64,000 nucleotides of DNA from Myxococcota bacterium (GTDB taxonomy: Bacteria > Myxococcota_A > UBA9160 > UBA4427), in NCBI GenBank assembly GCA_965250285.1, contig OZ252299.1:1184001-1248000 (forward strand), in the 5' to 3' direction. This document shows, piece by piece, positions 16,541 through 29,637 of this stretch (position 1 is its first letter; the number at the start of each line of letters is the position of its first letter). The notes beneath the pieces are model-generated. The model had not been told where the DNA came from. It was given only the letters and a program-made list of their open reading frames with translations, and did no database searches. The translations under genes and the position numbers were made by a program.

Positions 16541-18610
16541 ATGGCCCAACGCATCCCGCTCGAGCAGACGCGCAACATCGGCATCATGGCGCACATCGAT
16601 GCCGGCAAGACCACGACGACCGAACGGATCCTCTACTACACGGGCGTCAACTACAAGATCGGTGAGGTGCACGACGGCGCCGCCACCATGGATTGGATGC
16701 AGCAGGAGCAGGAGCGCGGCATCACCATCACGTCGGCCGCGACGACCTGCGAGTGGAAGGGCCACCGCATCAACATCATCGACACCCCGGGCCACGTCGA
16801 CTTCACGATCGAAGTCGAACGCTCGCTGCGGGTGCTGGACGGCGCGGTGGCCGTCTTTTGTGGAGTGAGCGGCGTCGAGCCGCAATCGGAGACTGTCTGG
16901 CGACAGGCTGACAAGTACCGGGTTCCCCGGATTGCCTTCGTCAACAAGATGGATCGCATGGGCGCAAACTTCGAAAACGCAGTGGAGATGATCCGAGATC
17001 GCCTCGGCGCGAACCCGCTGCCTCTTCAGCTGCCGATCGGGGCAGAGGAGGGGTTCGAGGGGGTCGTCGACGTGCTGCGCGGCCGTGCGCTGTATTGGGA
17101 AAGTGACGATCTCGGCGCCGAGACTCGCGAAGACGACGTACCGACCTCGCTCGTCGACGCGACCGCCGCCGCGCGCGAGCAGGTCGTCGAAGCGGCGGCC
17201 GACTTCGATGACGAGCTGATGGCCCGCTATCTCGACGGCGAAGAGATCGGCGAAGACGAGCTCCGCAAGGCCCTGCGCCGCGGCACGCTCGAGCTGGGCC
17301 TCGTGCCCGTGCTCTGCGGCAGCGCCTTCAAGAACAAGGGCGTTCAGCCGCTGCTCGACGCGGTCAACGATTACCTGCCTTCGCCGCTCGACGTGCCGCC
17401 GGTCGAAGGCACGCGACCGAAGGACGGCGAGACGGTCACGCGCAAGGCCGACGAGAAGGAGCCGTTCTCGGCGCTCGCGTTCAAGATCATGAGCGACAAG
17501 CACGCCGGCTCGCTGACGTATCTGCGCGTCTACTCGGGCCATGTGAAGACGGGCGACCAGGTCCTCAACGTCAACAAGAACAAGAAGGCGCGCATCGGCA
17601 AGCTGCTTCAGATGCATGCGAACAAGCGCCAGGAGATCGATGAGGTCTTCGCCGGCGACATCGTCGCCGCGGTCGGCCTGAAGGGCATCACGACCGGCGA
17701 GAGCCTCGCTGCCGTGAAGCAGCCGGTGCTGCTCGAGAGCCTCGACTTCCCCGACCCCGTCATCTCGATCGCGATCGAGCCGAAGACCACGGCCGACATG
17801 GACAAGCTGGGGAGCTCGCTGGAGCGCCTCGAGATGGAGGATCCGTCCTTCCAGGTCTCGACCGACGCCGACACGGGGCAGACGCTCATTTCGGGCATGG
17901 GCGAGCTGCACCTCGAGATCATCACCGACCGCCTGCTGCGCGAGTTCAACGTCGACGCCAACGTGGGTCGTCCGCAGGTCGCCTACAAGGAGGCGATCAC
18001 CAAGACCGTCGAGGTCGAGGGGCGCTACGAGAAGCAGACCGGCACGACCAACGAGTACGCGGTCGTGCAGCTCGAGCTCTCGCCCGGTGATCGGGGTGAA
18101 GGCTTCGTCTTCGAAGACGCGTCGAAGGGCAGCCCGATTCCCCGCGACGCGGTCTCGCACATCGAACAGGCGTGCCTCGAGTCGACCCAGAGCGGGATGC
18201 TCGGCGGGTTTCCGGTCGCCGACGTCCGGGTGAAGCTGACTGGCGGCGAGTTCCGCGACGAGGAGTCGACCGAGCAGGCGTACATGGTCGCCGCCAGCAT
18301 GGGCATGGCCCAGGGGCTGCGCGAAGCCGACCCGGTGCTGCTCGAGCCGGTGATGAAGGTCGAGGTCGTGACGCCGGATGAGTATCACGGAGCCGTGCAG
18401 GGCGATCTCAGCAGTCGGCGCGGTCAGATCACCGGCATCGGCCTTCGCGGTCCCGCTCAGGTGATCGACGCAGAGGTGCCGCTCTCGGAGATGTTCGGAT
18501 ACGTCAGCGCGGTGCGGTCGATGACCCAGGGCCGTGCCAGCTACACGATGCAGTTTTCGCACTACGCACAGGCACCCGAGTCGGTGTCGAGCAAGGTCGT
18601 GGCCTTCTGA
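16541..18610 (+). CDS. fusA: Elongation factor G (str-operon copy, divergent domain IV)
   Basis: [41 protein letters not shown]. Confidence 0.95.
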   Translation: MAQRIPLEQTRNIGIMAHIDAGKTTTTERILYYTGVNYKIGEVHDGAATMDWMQQEQERGITITSAATTCEWKGHRINIIDTPGHVDFTIEVERSLRVLDGAVAVFCGVSGVEPQSETVWRQADKYRVPRIAFVNKMDRMGANFENAVEMIRDRLGANPLPLQLPIGAEEGFEGVVDVLRGRALYWESDDLGAETREDDVPTSLVDATAAAREQVVEAAADFDDELMARYLDGEEIGEDELRKALRRGTLELGLVPVLCGSAFKNKGVQPLLDAVNDYLPSPLDVPPVEGTRPKDGETVTRKADEKEPFSALAFKIMSDKHAGSLTYLRVYSGHVKTGDQVLNVNKNKKARIGKLLQMHANKRQEIDEVFAGDIVAAVGLKGITTGESLAAVKQPVLLESLDFPDPVISIAIEPKTTADMDKLGSSLERLEMEDPSFQVSTDADTGQTLISGMGELHLEIITDRLLREFNVDANVGRPQVAYKEAITKTVEVEGRYEKQTGTTNEYAVVQLELSPGDRGEGFVFEDASKGSPIPRDAVSHIEQACLESTQSGMLGGFPVADVRVKLTGGEFRDEESTEQAYMVAASMGMAQGLREADPVLLEPVMKVEVVTPDEYHGAVQGDLSSRRGQITGIGLRGPAQVIDAEVPLSEMFGYVSAVRSMTQGRASYTMQFSHYAQAPESVSSKVVAF

Positions 18611-18690
18611 TTCGAAGAGAAGGTCGAAGATCAATCCGCCCCGATGCGGGGCAGGTCGGAGCGCCGAGGCGCTCGTAGAAGGAAGACAGG

Positions 18691-19881
18691 ATGGCCAAGG
18701 AGAAGTTCGAGCGGACGAAGCCCCACGTGAACGTGGGAACGATCGGACACGTTGACCACGGCAAGACGACGCTGACGGCAGCGATCACGCAGCGGCAGGC
18801 TGCGAAGGGTCTGGCGGATCAGATGCGTTTCGACCAGATCGACAAGGCGCCGGAGGAGCGCGAGCGCGGTATTACGATCGCGACGGCGCACGTCGAGTAC
18901 CAGACCGAGGGTCGCCACTACGCGCACGTCGACTGCCCCGGCCACGCGGACTACGTGAAGAACATGATCACGGGTGCCGCTCAGATGGACGGCGCGATCC
19001 TGGTGGTGTCGGCAGCCGATGGCCCGATGCCGCAGACGCGCGAGCACGTTCTGCTGGCTCGCCAGGTGAACGTTCCGTACATCGTGGTGTTCCTGAACAA
19101 GGTGGATCAGGTCGACGACGAGGAGCTGCTCGAGCTGGTCGACATGGAGATCCGCGAGCTTCTGAACGGCTACGAGTTCCCGGGCGACGACATCCCGATC
19201 ATCCCGGGCTCGGCGCTGAACGCGCTCGAGGATCCTTCGAACGACGAGAACAACAAGTGCATCGATGATCTGATGGATGCGCTGGACGCGACGATCCCCG
19301 AGCCTGAGCGTGCTCTGGACAAGGACTTCCTGATGCCGATCGAGGACGTGTTCTCGATCACGGGCCGCGGGACGGTTGTGACGGGCCGCATCGAGCAGGG
19401 CGTGATCCACACGGGTGATGAAGTCGAGATCGTGGGCATCAAGGACACGACGACGACGACGATCACGGGCGTGGAGATGTTCCGGAAGCTCCTCGATGAG
19501 GGTCAGGCGGGCGACAACGTGGGCTGCCTGCTTCGCGGTACGGCGAAGGAAGAGGTGGAGCGCGGTCAGGTTCTGGCCAAGCCCGGCTCGATCACGCCGC
19601 ACACGAAGTTCAAGGCTCAGGCGTACATCCTGACGAAGGACGAGGGTGGTCGTCATACGCCGTTCTTCAACGGGTACCGGCCGCAGTTCTACTTCCGGAC
19701 GACGGACGTGACGGGCGTCGCGAACCTTCCGGACGGGACGGAGATGGTGATGCCGGGCGACAACGTCGAGATGACGGTGGAGCTGATCACGCCGATCGCG
19801 ATGGACAAGGAGCTTCGGTTCGCCATCCGTGAGGGTGGCCGCACCGTCGGCGCCGGCGTCGTCGCCGAGATCATCGAGTAA
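18691..19881 (+). CDS. tuf: Elongation factor Tu (str-operon copy)
   Basis: Protein identical to the copy at 1764-2954. Confidence 0.99.
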   Translation: MAKEKFERTKPHVNVGTIGHVDHGKTTLTAAITQRQAAKGLADQMRFDQIDKAPEERERGITIATAHVEYQTEGRHYAHVDCPGHADYVKNMITGAAQMDGAILVVSAADGPMPQTREHVLLARQVNVPYIVVFLNKVDQVDDEELLELVDMEIRELLNGYEFPGDDIPIIPGSALNALEDPSNDENNKCIDDLMDALDATIPEPERALDKDFLMPIEDVFSITGRGTVVTGRIEQGVIHTGDEVEIVGIKDTTTTTITGVEMFRKLLDEGQAGDNVGCLLRGTAKEEVERGQVLAKPGSITPHTKFKAQAYILTKDEGGRHTPFFNGYRPQFYFRTTDVTGVANLPDGTEMVMPGDNVEMTVELITPIAMDKELRFAIREGGRTVGAGVVAEIIE

Positions 19882-19889
19882 CTGTTTTC

Positions 19890-19918
19890 GCTCACGGCGA
19901 CTTGGGGTCGCCGTGAGC
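19890..19918 (+). terminator. Hairpin after second tuf
   Basis: GCTCACGGCGAC-ttggg-GTCGCCGTGAGC; no U-tract. Confidence 0.45.
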
Positions 19919-19979
19919 TGAGCGATATGAAGCTGCTTCCGGGTAACCGGTCTCGAGCTGAGCGACATGGAGCCACTGC

Positions 19980-20294
19980 ATGGCTGACGCAACGGCAAAG
20001 ATTCGCATTCGCATGAAGGCGTTCGACTACAAGCTGCTCGATCAGAGCGCGGGCGAGATCGTCGACACCGCCCTTCGGACGGGTGCGCGCGTGGCGGGGC
20101 CGATCCCGCTGCCGACGGACATCAACAAGTACACCGTGCTGCGTGGCCCGCACATCGACAAGAAGTCGCGGGAGCAGTTCGAGGTGCGCACCCACAAGCG
20201 CCTGATCGACATCCTCGATCCGACGCCGCAGACGGTGGATGCGCTGATGAAGCTCGAGCTCGCCGCGGGTGTCGACGTGGAGATCAAGCTGTAG
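19980..20294 (+). CDS. rpsJ: 30S ribosomal protein S10
   Basis: [37 protein letters not shown]. Confidence 0.98.
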   Translation: MADATAKIRIRMKAFDYKLLDQSAGEIVDTALRTGARVAGPIPLPTDINKYTVLRGPHIDKKSREQFEVRTHKRLIDILDPTPQTVDALMKLELAAGVDVEIKL

Positions 20295-20296
20295 CC

Positions 20297-20947
20297 ATGG
20301 CGAACATCGACGTCGTCAACATGAAGAATGAGAAGGCGGGCTCCGTCGAGCTGGCCCCGGCCGTGTTCGAGGCCGAGGTCAAGGAGCACCTCTTTCATGC
20401 CGAGGTGCGGCGACAGCTCGCTCTGCGCCGCGCGGGTACGCATGCGACCAAGAACCGCGCGCTGGTGTCGGGCGGCGGTGCGAAGCCGTATCGCCAGAAG
20501 GGCACGGGCCGCGCCCGGCAGGGTACGACGCGTGCGCCGCAGTTCGCCGGTGGTGGTGTGGTCTTCGGCCCGGTGCCGCGTGCGTACGACCACAAGCTGC
20601 CCAAGAAGGTGCGGGCCGCTGCGCTGAAGAGCGCGCTCTCGCTGCGCCAGGGCGAAGGGGCCATCAAGGTCGTCGACGCCTTCGACGTGCCCGAGTTCAA
20701 GACGAAGCAGATCGTCGCGATGCTCGAGGCGCTCGGCGTGGCCGGCCAGAAGACGCTGATCGTGAGCGCCGAGCCGAACGTGCAGCTCGAAGCGTCGGCC
20801 CGCAACATCCCGGGCGTATCGGTGATCCGAGCCGAGGGCCTGAACGTGTACGACGTGCTCCGACACGGCCAGCTCGTGCTCGCGCAGGACGCCGTCGCCG
20901 CACTGACTTCGCGGTTCGATCGCAAAGCTGCGGGAGAGGAGGCCTAG
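20297..20947 (+). CDS. rplD: 50S ribosomal protein L4
   Basis: [22 protein letters not shown]. Confidence 0.98.
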   Translation: MANIDVVNMKNEKAGSVELAPAVFEAEVKEHLFHAEVRRQLALRRAGTHATKNRALVSGGGAKPYRQKGTGRARQGTTRAPQFAGGGVVFGPVPRAYDHKLPKKVRAAALKSALSLRQGEGAIKVVDAFDVPEFKTKQIVAMLEALGVAGQKTLIVSAEPNVQLEASARNIPGVSVIRAEGLNVYDVLRHGQLVLAQDAVAALTSRFDRKAAGEEA

Positions 20948-20949
20948 TC

Positions 20950-21237
20950 ATGGAGCTGCATCAGGTCATCCAGAAGCCGCTCATCACCGAGAAGAGCTCG
21001 ATCGGTCGTGAGGAACAGAACCTCGCGACGTTCGCCGTCGACCCGAACGCCACCAAGCACGACATCCGGCGCGCGGTCGAGACGCTCTTCGAGGTCGAGG
21101 TGAAGACCGTTCGGACGATGCGCCAGCCCCGCAAGAGCCGCCGCGTGGGCATGAAGATCGGCCGCCGAGCGGAGTGGAAGAAGGCCATCGTGGAGCTCGC
21201 CGAGGGCCACTCGATCGAGTTCTTCGAGGGAGTGTAG
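20950..21237 (+). CDS. rplW: 50S ribosomal protein L23
   Basis: PLITEKS, WKKAIV. Confidence 0.96.
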   Translation: MELHQVIQKPLITEKSSIGREEQNLATFAVDPNATKHDIRRAVETLFEVEVKTVRTMRQPRKSRRVGMKIGRRAEWKKAIVELAEGHSIEFFEGV

Positions 21238-21241
21238 AGAG

Positions 21242-22075
21242 ATGGGCATCAAGGTCTACAAGCCGACGAGCGCCGGCCGACGCAACATGAGCGTCAACGA
21301 CTTCGCCGAGCTGACGAAGGGCAACAGCCCCCAGCGCAGCCTGGTCGATGGCGGCATCGGCAAGAGTGGTGGCCGCAACAACCGCGGACGCATCACGTCG
21401 TTCAGCCGGGGTGGTGGCCACAAGCGCCGCTATCGCAAGATCGACTTTCGCCGCGAGAAGACGGGCATCCCCGCGCGTGTTGCGGCGATCGAGTACGACC
21501 CGAACCGGTCGGCGAACATCGCGCTGCTGAACTACGCCGACGGCGAGAAGCGATACATCCTCTCGCCGCTGGGCCTGAAGGTCGGCGACACCGTTTCGTC
21601 GGGCGTCGACGCCGAGATCCGTCCCGGCAACGCGCTGCCCATCGCGAACATCCCGCTCGGTACGCAGCTGCACGCCATCGAGCTCAAGCCGGGCAAGGGT
21701 GCGCAGATGGTGCGCTCGGCCGGGACGAGCGCTCAGCTGATGGCGCGTGAGGGCAAGCTCGCAACGTTGCGCCTGCCGAGCGGCGAGATGCGGCAGGTTC
21801 ACATCACGTGCATGGCGACGATCGGTCTCGTCGGCAACAGCGACCACGAGAACCAGCGCATCGGCAAGGCCGGTCGGAATCGCTGGAAGGGCCGACGCCC
21901 GATCGTGCGTGGCGTTGCCATGAACCCCGTCGATCACCCGATGGGTGGCGGCGAGGGGCGATCGTCGGGTGGCCGACACCCGTGCACGCCGTGGGGCAAG
22001 CCCACCAAGGGGCGCAAGACGCGCAACAACCCGCAGTCGGACAAGTACATCGTGAAGCGGCGAGGTAAGAAGTAA
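21242..22075 (+). CDS. rplB: 50S ribosomal protein L2
   Basis: [30 protein letters not shown]. Confidence 0.99.
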   Translation: MGIKVYKPTSAGRRNMSVNDFAELTKGNSPQRSLVDGGIGKSGGRNNRGRITSFSRGGGHKRRYRKIDFRREKTGIPARVAAIEYDPNRSANIALLNYADGEKRYILSPLGLKVGDTVSSGVDAEIRPGNALPIANIPLGTQLHAIELKPGKGAQMVRSAGTSAQLMAREGKLATLRLPSGEMRQVHITCMATIGLVGNSDHENQRIGKAGRNRWKGRRPIVRGVAMNPVDHPMGGGEGRSSGGRHPCTPWGKPTKGRKTRNNPQSDKYIVKRRGKK

Positions 22076-22350
22076 TGGCACGTTCCCTTCGGAAGGGGCC
22101 CTTCGTCGACCCCAGCCTCCAGAAGAAGATCGACCGCCTGCAGGCGTCGGGCGCGAAGCAGGTCATCAAGACCTGGTCGCGACGCTCGATGATCACGCCG
22201 GATTTCGTCGGTCTCACCTTTCATGTCCACAACGGCAAGCTCTTCATGCCCGTCTTCGTGACGGAGAACATGGTGGGTCATCGCCTGGGAGAGTTCGCGC
22301 CGACCCGAAAGTTCACGGGTCACGCGAGCGACAAGAAAGTGAAGCGCTGA
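22075..22350 (+). CDS. rpsS: 30S ribosomal protein S19
   Basis: [23 protein letters not shown]. Confidence 0.98.
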   Translation: MARSLRKGPFVDPSLQKKIDRLQASGAKQVIKTWSRRSMITPDFVGLTFHVHNGKLFMPVFVTENMVGHRLGEFAPTRKFTGHASDKKVKR

Positions 22351-22351
22351 C

Positions 22352-22699
22352 ATGGACGTCAAGGCCAGCCTCAAGAACTACCGGGTGAGCGCTCAGAAGG
22401 CGCGCCTGCTCGCGGACCAGATCCGTGGCAAGGGCGTCGAAGAGGCGCTGACCCTGCTCACTCTGTCGCAGAAGCGGTTCGCCAAGCCGCTCGCGAAGCT
22501 CGTTCGCTCGGCCGTCTCGAACGCCGAGTTCAAGAACGAGCAGCAGGAGTCGGGCATCGACATCGACAACCTGGTCGTCTCGACGATCACCGTGAACGAA
22601 GGGCCGAGCCTCTGGCGGATCCGCCCTCGCGCTCAGGGCCGCGCCACGTGGATCCAGAAGCGCACCAGTCACATCACCCTGGTTCTCTCGGAAGACTAA
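22352..22699 (+). CDS. rplV: 50S ribosomal protein L22
   Basis: [29 protein letters not shown]. Confidence 0.97.
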   Translation: MDVKASLKNYRVSAQKARLLADQIRGKGVEEALTLLTLSQKRFAKPLAKLVRSAVSNAEFKNEQQESGIDIDNLVVSTITVNEGPSLWRIRPRAQGRATWIQKRTSHITLVLSED

Positions 22700-22746
22700 T
22701 TCCAAGCGCTAGGCAAGCAGGTCTCCCACAGAGACGAGGAGCGAAC

Positions 22747-23430
22747 GTGGGTCAGAAGGTTCATCCCTACGGATTTCGGGTCGGCACCCTCTACGGGTGG
22801 CAGTCGAACTGGTTCAACGACAAGCACTACGCGAGCCAGCTGCACGAAGATCTCGAGGTCCGCAAGTACATCAAGAAGAAACTCTTTCACGCGGGCATCT
22901 CGAAGGTCGTCATCGAGCGCACCGGCGAGAAGATGGTGATCAACATCCATACCGCGCGGCCGGGCATCTTGATCGGCAAGCGCGGCGCCGAGATCGACGT
23001 GCTCCGCAAGGATCTCAAGCAGTTCACGAGCGCCGACATCTTCGTGAACGTGAAGGAGATCCGGAAGGCTGAGCTCGACGCCCAGCTCGTGGCCGAGAAC
23101 ATCGCCTCGCAGATGGAGCGCCGCGTGGCGTTCCGGCGCGCGATGAAGAAGGCCATGGTGTCGACGATGAAGTTTGGCGCCGAGGGCATCCGTATCCAGT
23201 GCTCGGGTCGCCTCGGCGGTGCGGACATGGGTCGACGTGAGTGGTACCGCGACGGACGCGTCCCGCTGCACACGCTGCGCGCCGACATCGATTACGGCTT
23301 CGCCGAAGCCCGGACCACGTACGGTGTCATCGGCGTGAAGGTCTGGATCTTCAAGGGCGAAGTCGGTGACAAGGATCTCCGCAAGGGCCCGCTCAACGAG
23401 TCGTCGGCGCCCGAGCAGGGGGCGAGGTAG
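22747..23430 (+). CDS. rpsC: 30S ribosomal protein S3
   Basis: [28 protein letters not shown] start after GAGGAG. Confidence 0.98.
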   Translation: MGQKVHPYGFRVGTLYGWQSNWFNDKHYASQLHEDLEVRKYIKKKLFHAGISKVVIERTGEKMVINIHTARPGILIGKRGAEIDVLRKDLKQFTSADIFVNVKEIRKAELDAQLVAENIASQMERRVAFRRAMKKAMVSTMKFGAEGIRIQCSGRLGGADMGRREWYRDGRVPLHTLRADIDYGFAEARTTYGVIGVKVWIFKGEVGDKDLRKGPLNESSAPEQGAR

Positions 23431-23432
23431 TC

Positions 23433-23843
23433 ATGCTTCAGCCGAAGAAGGTCAAGCATCGCAAGATGTTCAAGGGGCGTCTGCGCGGCCAGGCGCATCG
23501 CGGCAACGAGGTTTCGTTCGGCGACTATGGGCTGCAGGCGACTTCGACCGGGTTCATCACGGCGCGCCAGATCGAGGCCGCTCGTATCGCGATGACCCGG
23601 CACATCAAGCGCGGTGGCAAGGTGTGGATTCGCATCTTCCCCGACAAGCCGATCACGAAGAAGCCGGCCGAAACCCGAATGGGTAAGGGCAAGGGCAATC
23701 TCGAAGCCTGGGTGTGCCCCGTGAAGCGCGGCCGCATGCTCTACGAGATGGAGGGCGTGACGCCGGAGATCGCCCGCGAGGCGTTTCGCCTGGCCGCCCA
23801 CAAGCTGCCCGTCTCGACCCGCTTCGTGATGCGGGAGGACTGA
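23433..23843 (+). CDS. rplP: 50S ribosomal protein L16
   Basis: [16 protein letters not shown]. Confidence 0.98.
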   Translation: MLQPKKVKHRKMFKGRLRGQAHRGNEVSFGDYGLQATSTGFITARQIEAARIAMTRHIKRGGKVWIRIFPDKPITKKPAETRMGKGKGNLEAWVCPVKRGRMLYEMEGVTPEIAREAFRLAAHKLPVSTRFVMRED

Positions 23844-23845
23844 TC

Positions 23846-24043
23846 ATGAAGGCGTCCGAATTGAGGGATCTCGGCGTCGAGGAGCTCGAGCAGAAGGCGC
23901 TCGAGACCCGCCGCGAGCTGTTCAACGCGAAGGTCAAGCACGCGACCGGACAGCTCGAGAACACCGCATTGCTGGGCACCCTGCGCAAGGACGTTGCGCG
24001 GGTCGAAACCGTGCTGGCTGGAAAGCGCGAGGCGACGAAGTGA
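23846..24043 (+). CDS. rpmC: 50S ribosomal protein L29
   Basis: MKASELR...ATGQLEN...RKDVARVETVL. Confidence 0.95.
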   Translation: MKASELRDLGVEELEQKALETRRELFNAKVKHATGQLENTALLGTLRKDVARVETVLAGKREATK

Positions 24044-24303
24044 GCGAGCGAGGAAGTCGAAGAACGCTGGTCGGAACCGTGGTCAGCGACAAAATGGACA
24101 AGACCGTCGTTGTGCGTGTGGAGCGCCTGGTTCAGGACTCCCGGTACAAGAAGTACATCCGTCGCTATTCGCGGTTCATGGCCCATGACGAGGGCAACGA
24201 CTGCAAGAACGGTGACCGTGTGCGGATCATCGAGCACCGTCCGCTCTCCAAGCGGAAGAAGTGGAAGGTGCAGGAGACGCTCGTCAAGGCGACGGGGGTC
24301 TAG
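24040..24303 (+). CDS. rpsQ: 30S ribosomal protein S17
   Basis: [23 protein letters not shown]. Confidence 0.98.
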   Translation: MSERGSRRTLVGTVVSDKMDKTVVVRVERLVQDSRYKKYIRRYSRFMAHDEGNDCKNGDRVRIIEHRPLSKRKKWKVQETLVKATGV

Positions 24304-24314
24304 CGGAGAGAGCC

Positions 24315-24683
24315 ATGATCCAGCCCGAATCCACACTGCAGGTCGCAGACAACTCCGGCGCGCGCAAGGTCAAGTGCATCCGCGTGCTGGGTGGCTCGAA
24401 GCGCAAATTCGCTTCGGTCGGCGACATCATCGTGGTCGCCGTCAAGGAGGCGATCCCGAACGGCCGCGTCAAGAAGGGCGACGTGCGCCGGGCGGTCATC
24501 GTCCGAACCAAGAACGCGATCAATCGCCGCGACGGCTCGCACATCCAGTTCGATGAGAACGCCGCCGTGCTGATCAACAACGAGAAGGAAGTGGTGGGGA
24601 CACGCATTTTCGGTCCCGTCGCGCGAGAGCTGCGCGGCGCGGGTTTCATGCGAATCGTGTCCCTGGCGCCGGAGGTCCTCTGA
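24315..24683 (+). CDS. rplN: 50S ribosomal protein L14
   Basis: [26 protein letters not shown]. Confidence 0.98.
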   Translation: MIQPESTLQVADNSGARKVKCIRVLGGSKRKFASVGDIIVVAVKEAIPNGRVKKGDVRRAVIVRTKNAINRRDGSHIQFDENAAVLINNEKEVVGTRIFGPVARELRGAGFMRIVSLAPEVL

Positions 24684-24684
24684 G

Positions 24685-25227
24685 ATGAATCCGAGGCTCC
24701 AGACCAGATACCGCGAAGAGGTGGTGCCGAAGCTCAAGGACGAGTTCGGTTACGCCAACCCTCATCAGGTGCCGAAGGTCGAGAAGGTCGTGATCAACAT
24801 GGGCCTGGGCGAGGCCGCCCAGAACCCGAAGATCATCGACCGCGCGCTCGAGGAGCTGGCCCAGATCACCGGCCAGCGCCCCGTCGTGCGTCGCGCGACG
24901 AAGAGCGTCTCGAACTTCAAGCTGCGCGAAGGGCAGGCCATCGGCTGCATGGTGACCCTGCGCGGTGCACGTCAGTGGGAGTTCCTGGATCGCCTGATGA
25001 GCGTTGCGCTGCCGCGCGTGCGCGACTTCAGCGGCGTGTCGGCGCGGGCCTTCGATGGCCGCGGCAACTACACGCTCGGGCTGAAGGATCAGACGATCTT
25101 TCCTGAAGTCGACTATGACGCCGTCGAGCGCACCACGGGCATGAACGTGAGTGTGGTGACGACGGCGAAGACGGATGCCGAAGGGCGAGCGCTGCTCACC
25201 CATCTCGGTATGCCGTTCCGTAAGTGA
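24685..25227 (+). CDS. rplE: 50S ribosomal protein L5
   Basis: [21 protein letters not shown]. Confidence 0.98.
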   Translation: MNPRLQTRYREEVVPKLKDEFGYANPHQVPKVEKVVINMGLGEAAQNPKIIDRALEELAQITGQRPVVRRATKSVSNFKLREGQAIGCMVTLRGARQWEFLDRLMSVALPRVRDFSGVSARAFDGRGNYTLGLKDQTIFPEVDYDAVERTTGMNVSVVTTAKTDAEGRALLTHLGMPFRK

Positions 25228-25237
25228 GGATTCGACC

Positions 25238-25636
25238 ATGATGACCGATCCGATCGGTGACATGCTGACCCGCATCCGCAATGCGGGTTCGGTCAAGCAC
25301 GCCGCGACGTCGTGCCCGAGCTCGAAGCTGAAGCTCTCCATCGCCAAGGTGCTGAGCGATGAGGGGTTCATCTCCGACTACTCGGCCGAGCCCGGCGACA
25401 ACAACAAGACGACGCTCCACCTGACGCTCCGCTACACGGACTCGGGCGATCACATGATCGATGAGATCCACCGTGTGTCGAAGCCGGGCTGCCGGGTGTA
25501 CGTCGGCTCCAACGAGATCCCCAAGGTGCGCAACGGCCTCGGCATGGCCGTGCTGTCCACCTCGAAGGGGGTGATGTGCGATCGAGACGCCCGCGAACAG
25601 AAGGTGGGCGGCGAGATCCTCTGCGAGGTCTGGTAG
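25238..25636 (+). CDS. rpsH: 30S ribosomal protein S8
   Basis: DPIGDMLTRIRNA, STSKGVM, GGEILCEVW. Confidence 0.97.
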   Translation: MMTDPIGDMLTRIRNAGSVKHAATSCPSSKLKLSIAKVLSDEGFISDYSAEPGDNNKTTLHLTLRYTDSGDHMIDEIHRVSKPGCRVYVGSNEIPKVRNGLGMAVLSTSKGVMCDRDAREQKVGGEILCEVW

Positions 25637-25638
25637 CC

Positions 25639-26178
25639 ATGTCCCGAATCGGCAAGAAGCCGGTCGCGATTCCCGACGGCGTCACCGTCACGCTGAACGA
25701 CTCGGCGATCGAGGTGAAGGGCCCGAAGGGCACGCTTTCCGGCACCGTTCCGGCTCAGATCGAGGCGAAGGTCGAAGACGGCCAGGTCGTGTTCGCGCCG
25801 CTGGCGCAGGACAAGCACACCCGCTCGCTCTTCGGTCTGGCGCGCGCGCTGACCAACAACATGGTCACGGGCGTGACCGAGGGCTTCGCGAAGGAGCTCG
25901 AGATTCAGGGCGTCGGCTACCGCGCCGACGTGAAGGGCAAGAACCTGAATCTCACCCTCGGCTTCTCGCACCCGGTGGAGATGCCGGTGCCCGAGGGCCT
26001 CGAGATCAAGATGGACGGCAATACGAAGATCCGGATCGAGGGCATCGACAAGCAGGCCGTAGGGCAGTTCGCGGCCGAGATCCGCAAGCTGCGGCCGCCG
26101 GAGCCCTACAAGGGCAAGGGTGTGCGCTACGTCGATGAGCATGTCCGGCGCAAGGTCGGCAAGACCGGAGCGAAGTGA
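25639..26178 (+). CDS. rplF: 50S ribosomal protein L6
   Basis: MSRIGKKP, RPPEPYKGKGVRY. Confidence 0.98.
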   Translation: MSRIGKKPVAIPDGVTVTLNDSAIEVKGPKGTLSGTVPAQIEAKVEDGQVVFAPLAQDKHTRSLFGLARALTNNMVTGVTEGFAKELEIQGVGYRADVKGKNLNLTLGFSHPVEMPVPEGLEIKMDGNTKIRIEGIDKQAVGQFAAEIRKLRPPEPYKGKGVRYVDEHVRRKVGKTGAK

Positions 26179-26186
26179 GGTCAGTC

Positions 26187-26555
26187 ATGAAGCCCAAGGT
26201 GCAAAACGACAATCGACGGAAGTGGCTGGCGCGCCGCCAGCGCACCCGCAACTCACTCGGCCGCACGGATCGCGTGATGCTCTCGGTCTTTCGCAGCTCG
26301 AAGCACATCTACGCCCAGCTGATCGAGCCCGAGTCGGGTAAGACGCTCGGTACGGTCTCGAGCCGAAACAAGAGCATCTGCCCGGGTGGCAACGGCGGCA
26401 ACATCGAGGCTGCCAAGCAGGTGGGTACGGCCGTGGCCGAGCTGGCCAAGAACAACCAGGTCGGCGAGGTGGTCTTCAATCGAAACGGGTTCCTCTACCA
26501 CGGCCGCGTGAAGGCTCTGGCAGATGCGGCTCGCGAAGCGGGGTTGCAGTTCTGA
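26187..26555 (+). CDS. rplR: 50S ribosomal protein L18
   Basis: [32 protein letters not shown]. Confidence 0.97.
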   Translation: MKPKVQNDNRRKWLARRQRTRNSLGRTDRVMLSVFRSSKHIYAQLIEPESGKTLGTVSSRNKSICPGGNGGNIEAAKQVGTAVAELAKNNQVGEVVFNRNGFLYHGRVKALADAAREAGLQF

Positions 26556-27061
26556 TGTCCAAGCTCATCAAGTCATCGATGATCAACCCGAACGACTTCG
26601 AGCTGAACGACCGGGTGATCCACATCAACCGCGTCGCGAAGGTGGTGAAGGGCGGTCGTCGCTTCAGCTTCAGCGCGCTCGTCGTCGTCGGTGACGGCAA
26701 CGGCGTCGTCGGCGTCGGGCTCGGCAAGGCGGGAGAGGTGCCCGAGGCGATTCGCAAGGGCGTCGAGAAGGCGCGCCGCTCGCTGATCCGGCTGCCGTTG
26801 GTCGACGGGACGCTGCCTCACGAGGTGATCGGGCGCTTCGGCGCGGGCAGCGTGCTGATGAAGCCCGCTTCGGCCGGTACCGGCGTGATCGCGGGCGGAC
26901 CCGTGCGCGCCGTGGTCGAGACGGCCGGTGTGCACGACATCCTCACGAAGACGCTCGGGACCAACAACCCGCGCAACGTCGTGAACGCCGTGATGGCCGG
27001 CCTGCAGAGCCTGCGCTCGCCCGAAGAGCGGCTGGCGGAGCTCGGAAGGAGGGCGTCGTGA
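26555..27061 (+). CDS. rpsE: 30S ribosomal protein S5
   Basis: [24 protein letters not shown]. Confidence 0.98.
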   Translation: MSKLIKSSMINPNDFELNDRVIHINRVAKVVKGGRRFSFSALVVVGDGNGVVGVGLGKAGEVPEAIRKGVEKARRSLIRLPLVDGTLPHEVIGRFGAGSVLMKPASAGTGVIAGGPVRAVVETAGVHDILTKTLGTNNPRNVVNAVMAGLQSLRSPEERLAELGRRAS

Positions 27062-27246
27062 GCGACAAGCCCACGCTCAAGGTCAAGCAGACCAAGAGCG
27101 AGATCGGATACAACCGCCGCCAGCGCGCGACCCTCAAGGGGCTCGGGCTGCGCCGCCTGAACCAGGTGAGCGAGCTCGAGGACACGCCGGCGGTGCGAGG
27201 CATGATCAACAAGGTCATCCACCTCGTCGAGATCGTGGAGGAGTAG
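27058..27246 (+). CDS. rpmD: 50S ribosomal protein L30
   Basis: [22 protein letters not shown]. Confidence 0.96.
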   Translation: MSDKPTLKVKQTKSEIGYNRRQRATLKGLGLRRLNQVSELEDTPAVRGMINKVIHLVEIVEE

Positions 27247-27250
27247 GTCG

Positions 27251-27688
27251 ATGTTGGATCGACTCAGCCCCAACGCCGGATCCCGCAAGCCGCGCAAGCG
27301 CGTCGGCCGAGGTCCCGGTTCGGGCAAGGGAAAGACCTGCGGGTCGGGCGTGAAGGGGCAGGGCACCCGCTCGGGTGGCAACACCCCCGCCTGGTTCGAA
27401 GGCGGACAGATGAATCTGCTGCAGCGCGTACCGAAGCGCGGCTTCACGAACATCTTTCGCAAGGACACCGAGGTGGTGAACGTCGGTGCGCTCGCGGTGT
27501 TCGGTGACGGCGCGACGGTGGACGCGAAGGCACTCGCCGAGCGCGGTCTGATCCGTGGCTCGGGTTGCGCCGTGAAGCTGCTCGGCGAGGGCGATGCCCC
27601 GAAGAACCTGACGGTCAAGCTCGATCGCGTGAGCGCTGGTGCGCGCACGAAGATCGAGTCGGCCGGCGGTACGGTGGAGCTGGTCTAG
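27251..27688 (+). CDS. rplO: 50S ribosomal protein L15
   Basis: RVGRGPGSGKGKT, FEGGQ, PKRGF. Confidence 0.98.
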   Translation: MLDRLSPNAGSRKPRKRVGRGPGSGKGKTCGSGVKGQGTRSGGNTPAWFEGGQMNLLQRVPKRGFTNIFRKDTEVVNVGALAVFGDGATVDAKALAERGLIRGSGCAVKLLGEGDAPKNLTVKLDRVSAGARTKIESAGGTVELV

Positions 27689-27723
27689 TGCCCGTTCGTC
27701 GGTTGAACATGGAGTGGGTCTAG
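27688..27723 (+). CDS. Putative coupled mini-ORF 1 (MPVRRLNMEWV)
   Basis: GTG overlaps the rplO TAG; its own TAG overlaps the next GTG; translation not demonstrated. Confidence 0.4.
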   Translation: MPVRRLNMEWV

Positions 27724-27757
27724 TGCCCGGTCGTCGCCTGAACATGGAGTGGGTCTA

Positions 27758-27758
<1 letters not shown>
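27723..27758 (+). CDS. Putative coupled mini-ORF 2 (MPGRRLNMEWV)
   Basis: GTG overlaps the mini-ORF1 TAG; its own TAG overlaps the secY GTG; translation not demonstrated. Confidence 0.4.
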
Positions 27759-29064
<1,306 letters not shown>

Positions 29065-29068
<4 letters not shown>

Positions 29069-29637
29069 GCGCGACGAAGATCGTATTGATGGGCGCCCCG
29101 GGCGCTGGCAAGGGGACGCAGGCGGCGCTGCTGATCGAGACGCTCGGCATCCCGCACATCTCGACCGGCGACATGCTTCGGGCTGCGGTGAAGGCCGAGA
29201 CCGAGGTCGGGCTGAAGGCGAAGGCGGTCATGGACTCTGGCCAGCTCGTCAGCGACGAGATCGTCATCGCGATCGCCGAGGAGCGACTGGCGCAGGCGGA
29301 TTGCAAGAAGGGCTTCATCCTCGACGGCTTCCCGCGCACCCTGGCGCAGGCCGAGGCGCTGACCGAGGTGCTCGAGCGTATCGGCTCGAGCCTCGACTGC
29401 TGCCTCGCGATCACGGTCGACAACGATGAGGTCGTGAAGCGCCTGCTGAAGCGCGCCGAGATCGAAGGGCGCGCGGACGACAACGAGGAGACGATTCGCG
29501 AGCGGATGAGCGTCTACGACGAACAGACGGCGCCGCTGCTCGACTACTACCGGGGTCGTGGCCTGCTGAAGGAGGTCGACGGCATGGGAAGCGTCGAACA
29601 GGTGTCGGAGGCCCTTGCGGGAGCGCTCGGCGCGTGA
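29065..29637 (+). CDS. adk: Adenylate kinase (short-LID type)
   Basis: GAPGAGKGTQA, HISTGDMLR, LDGFPRT, GRADD. Confidence 0.97.
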
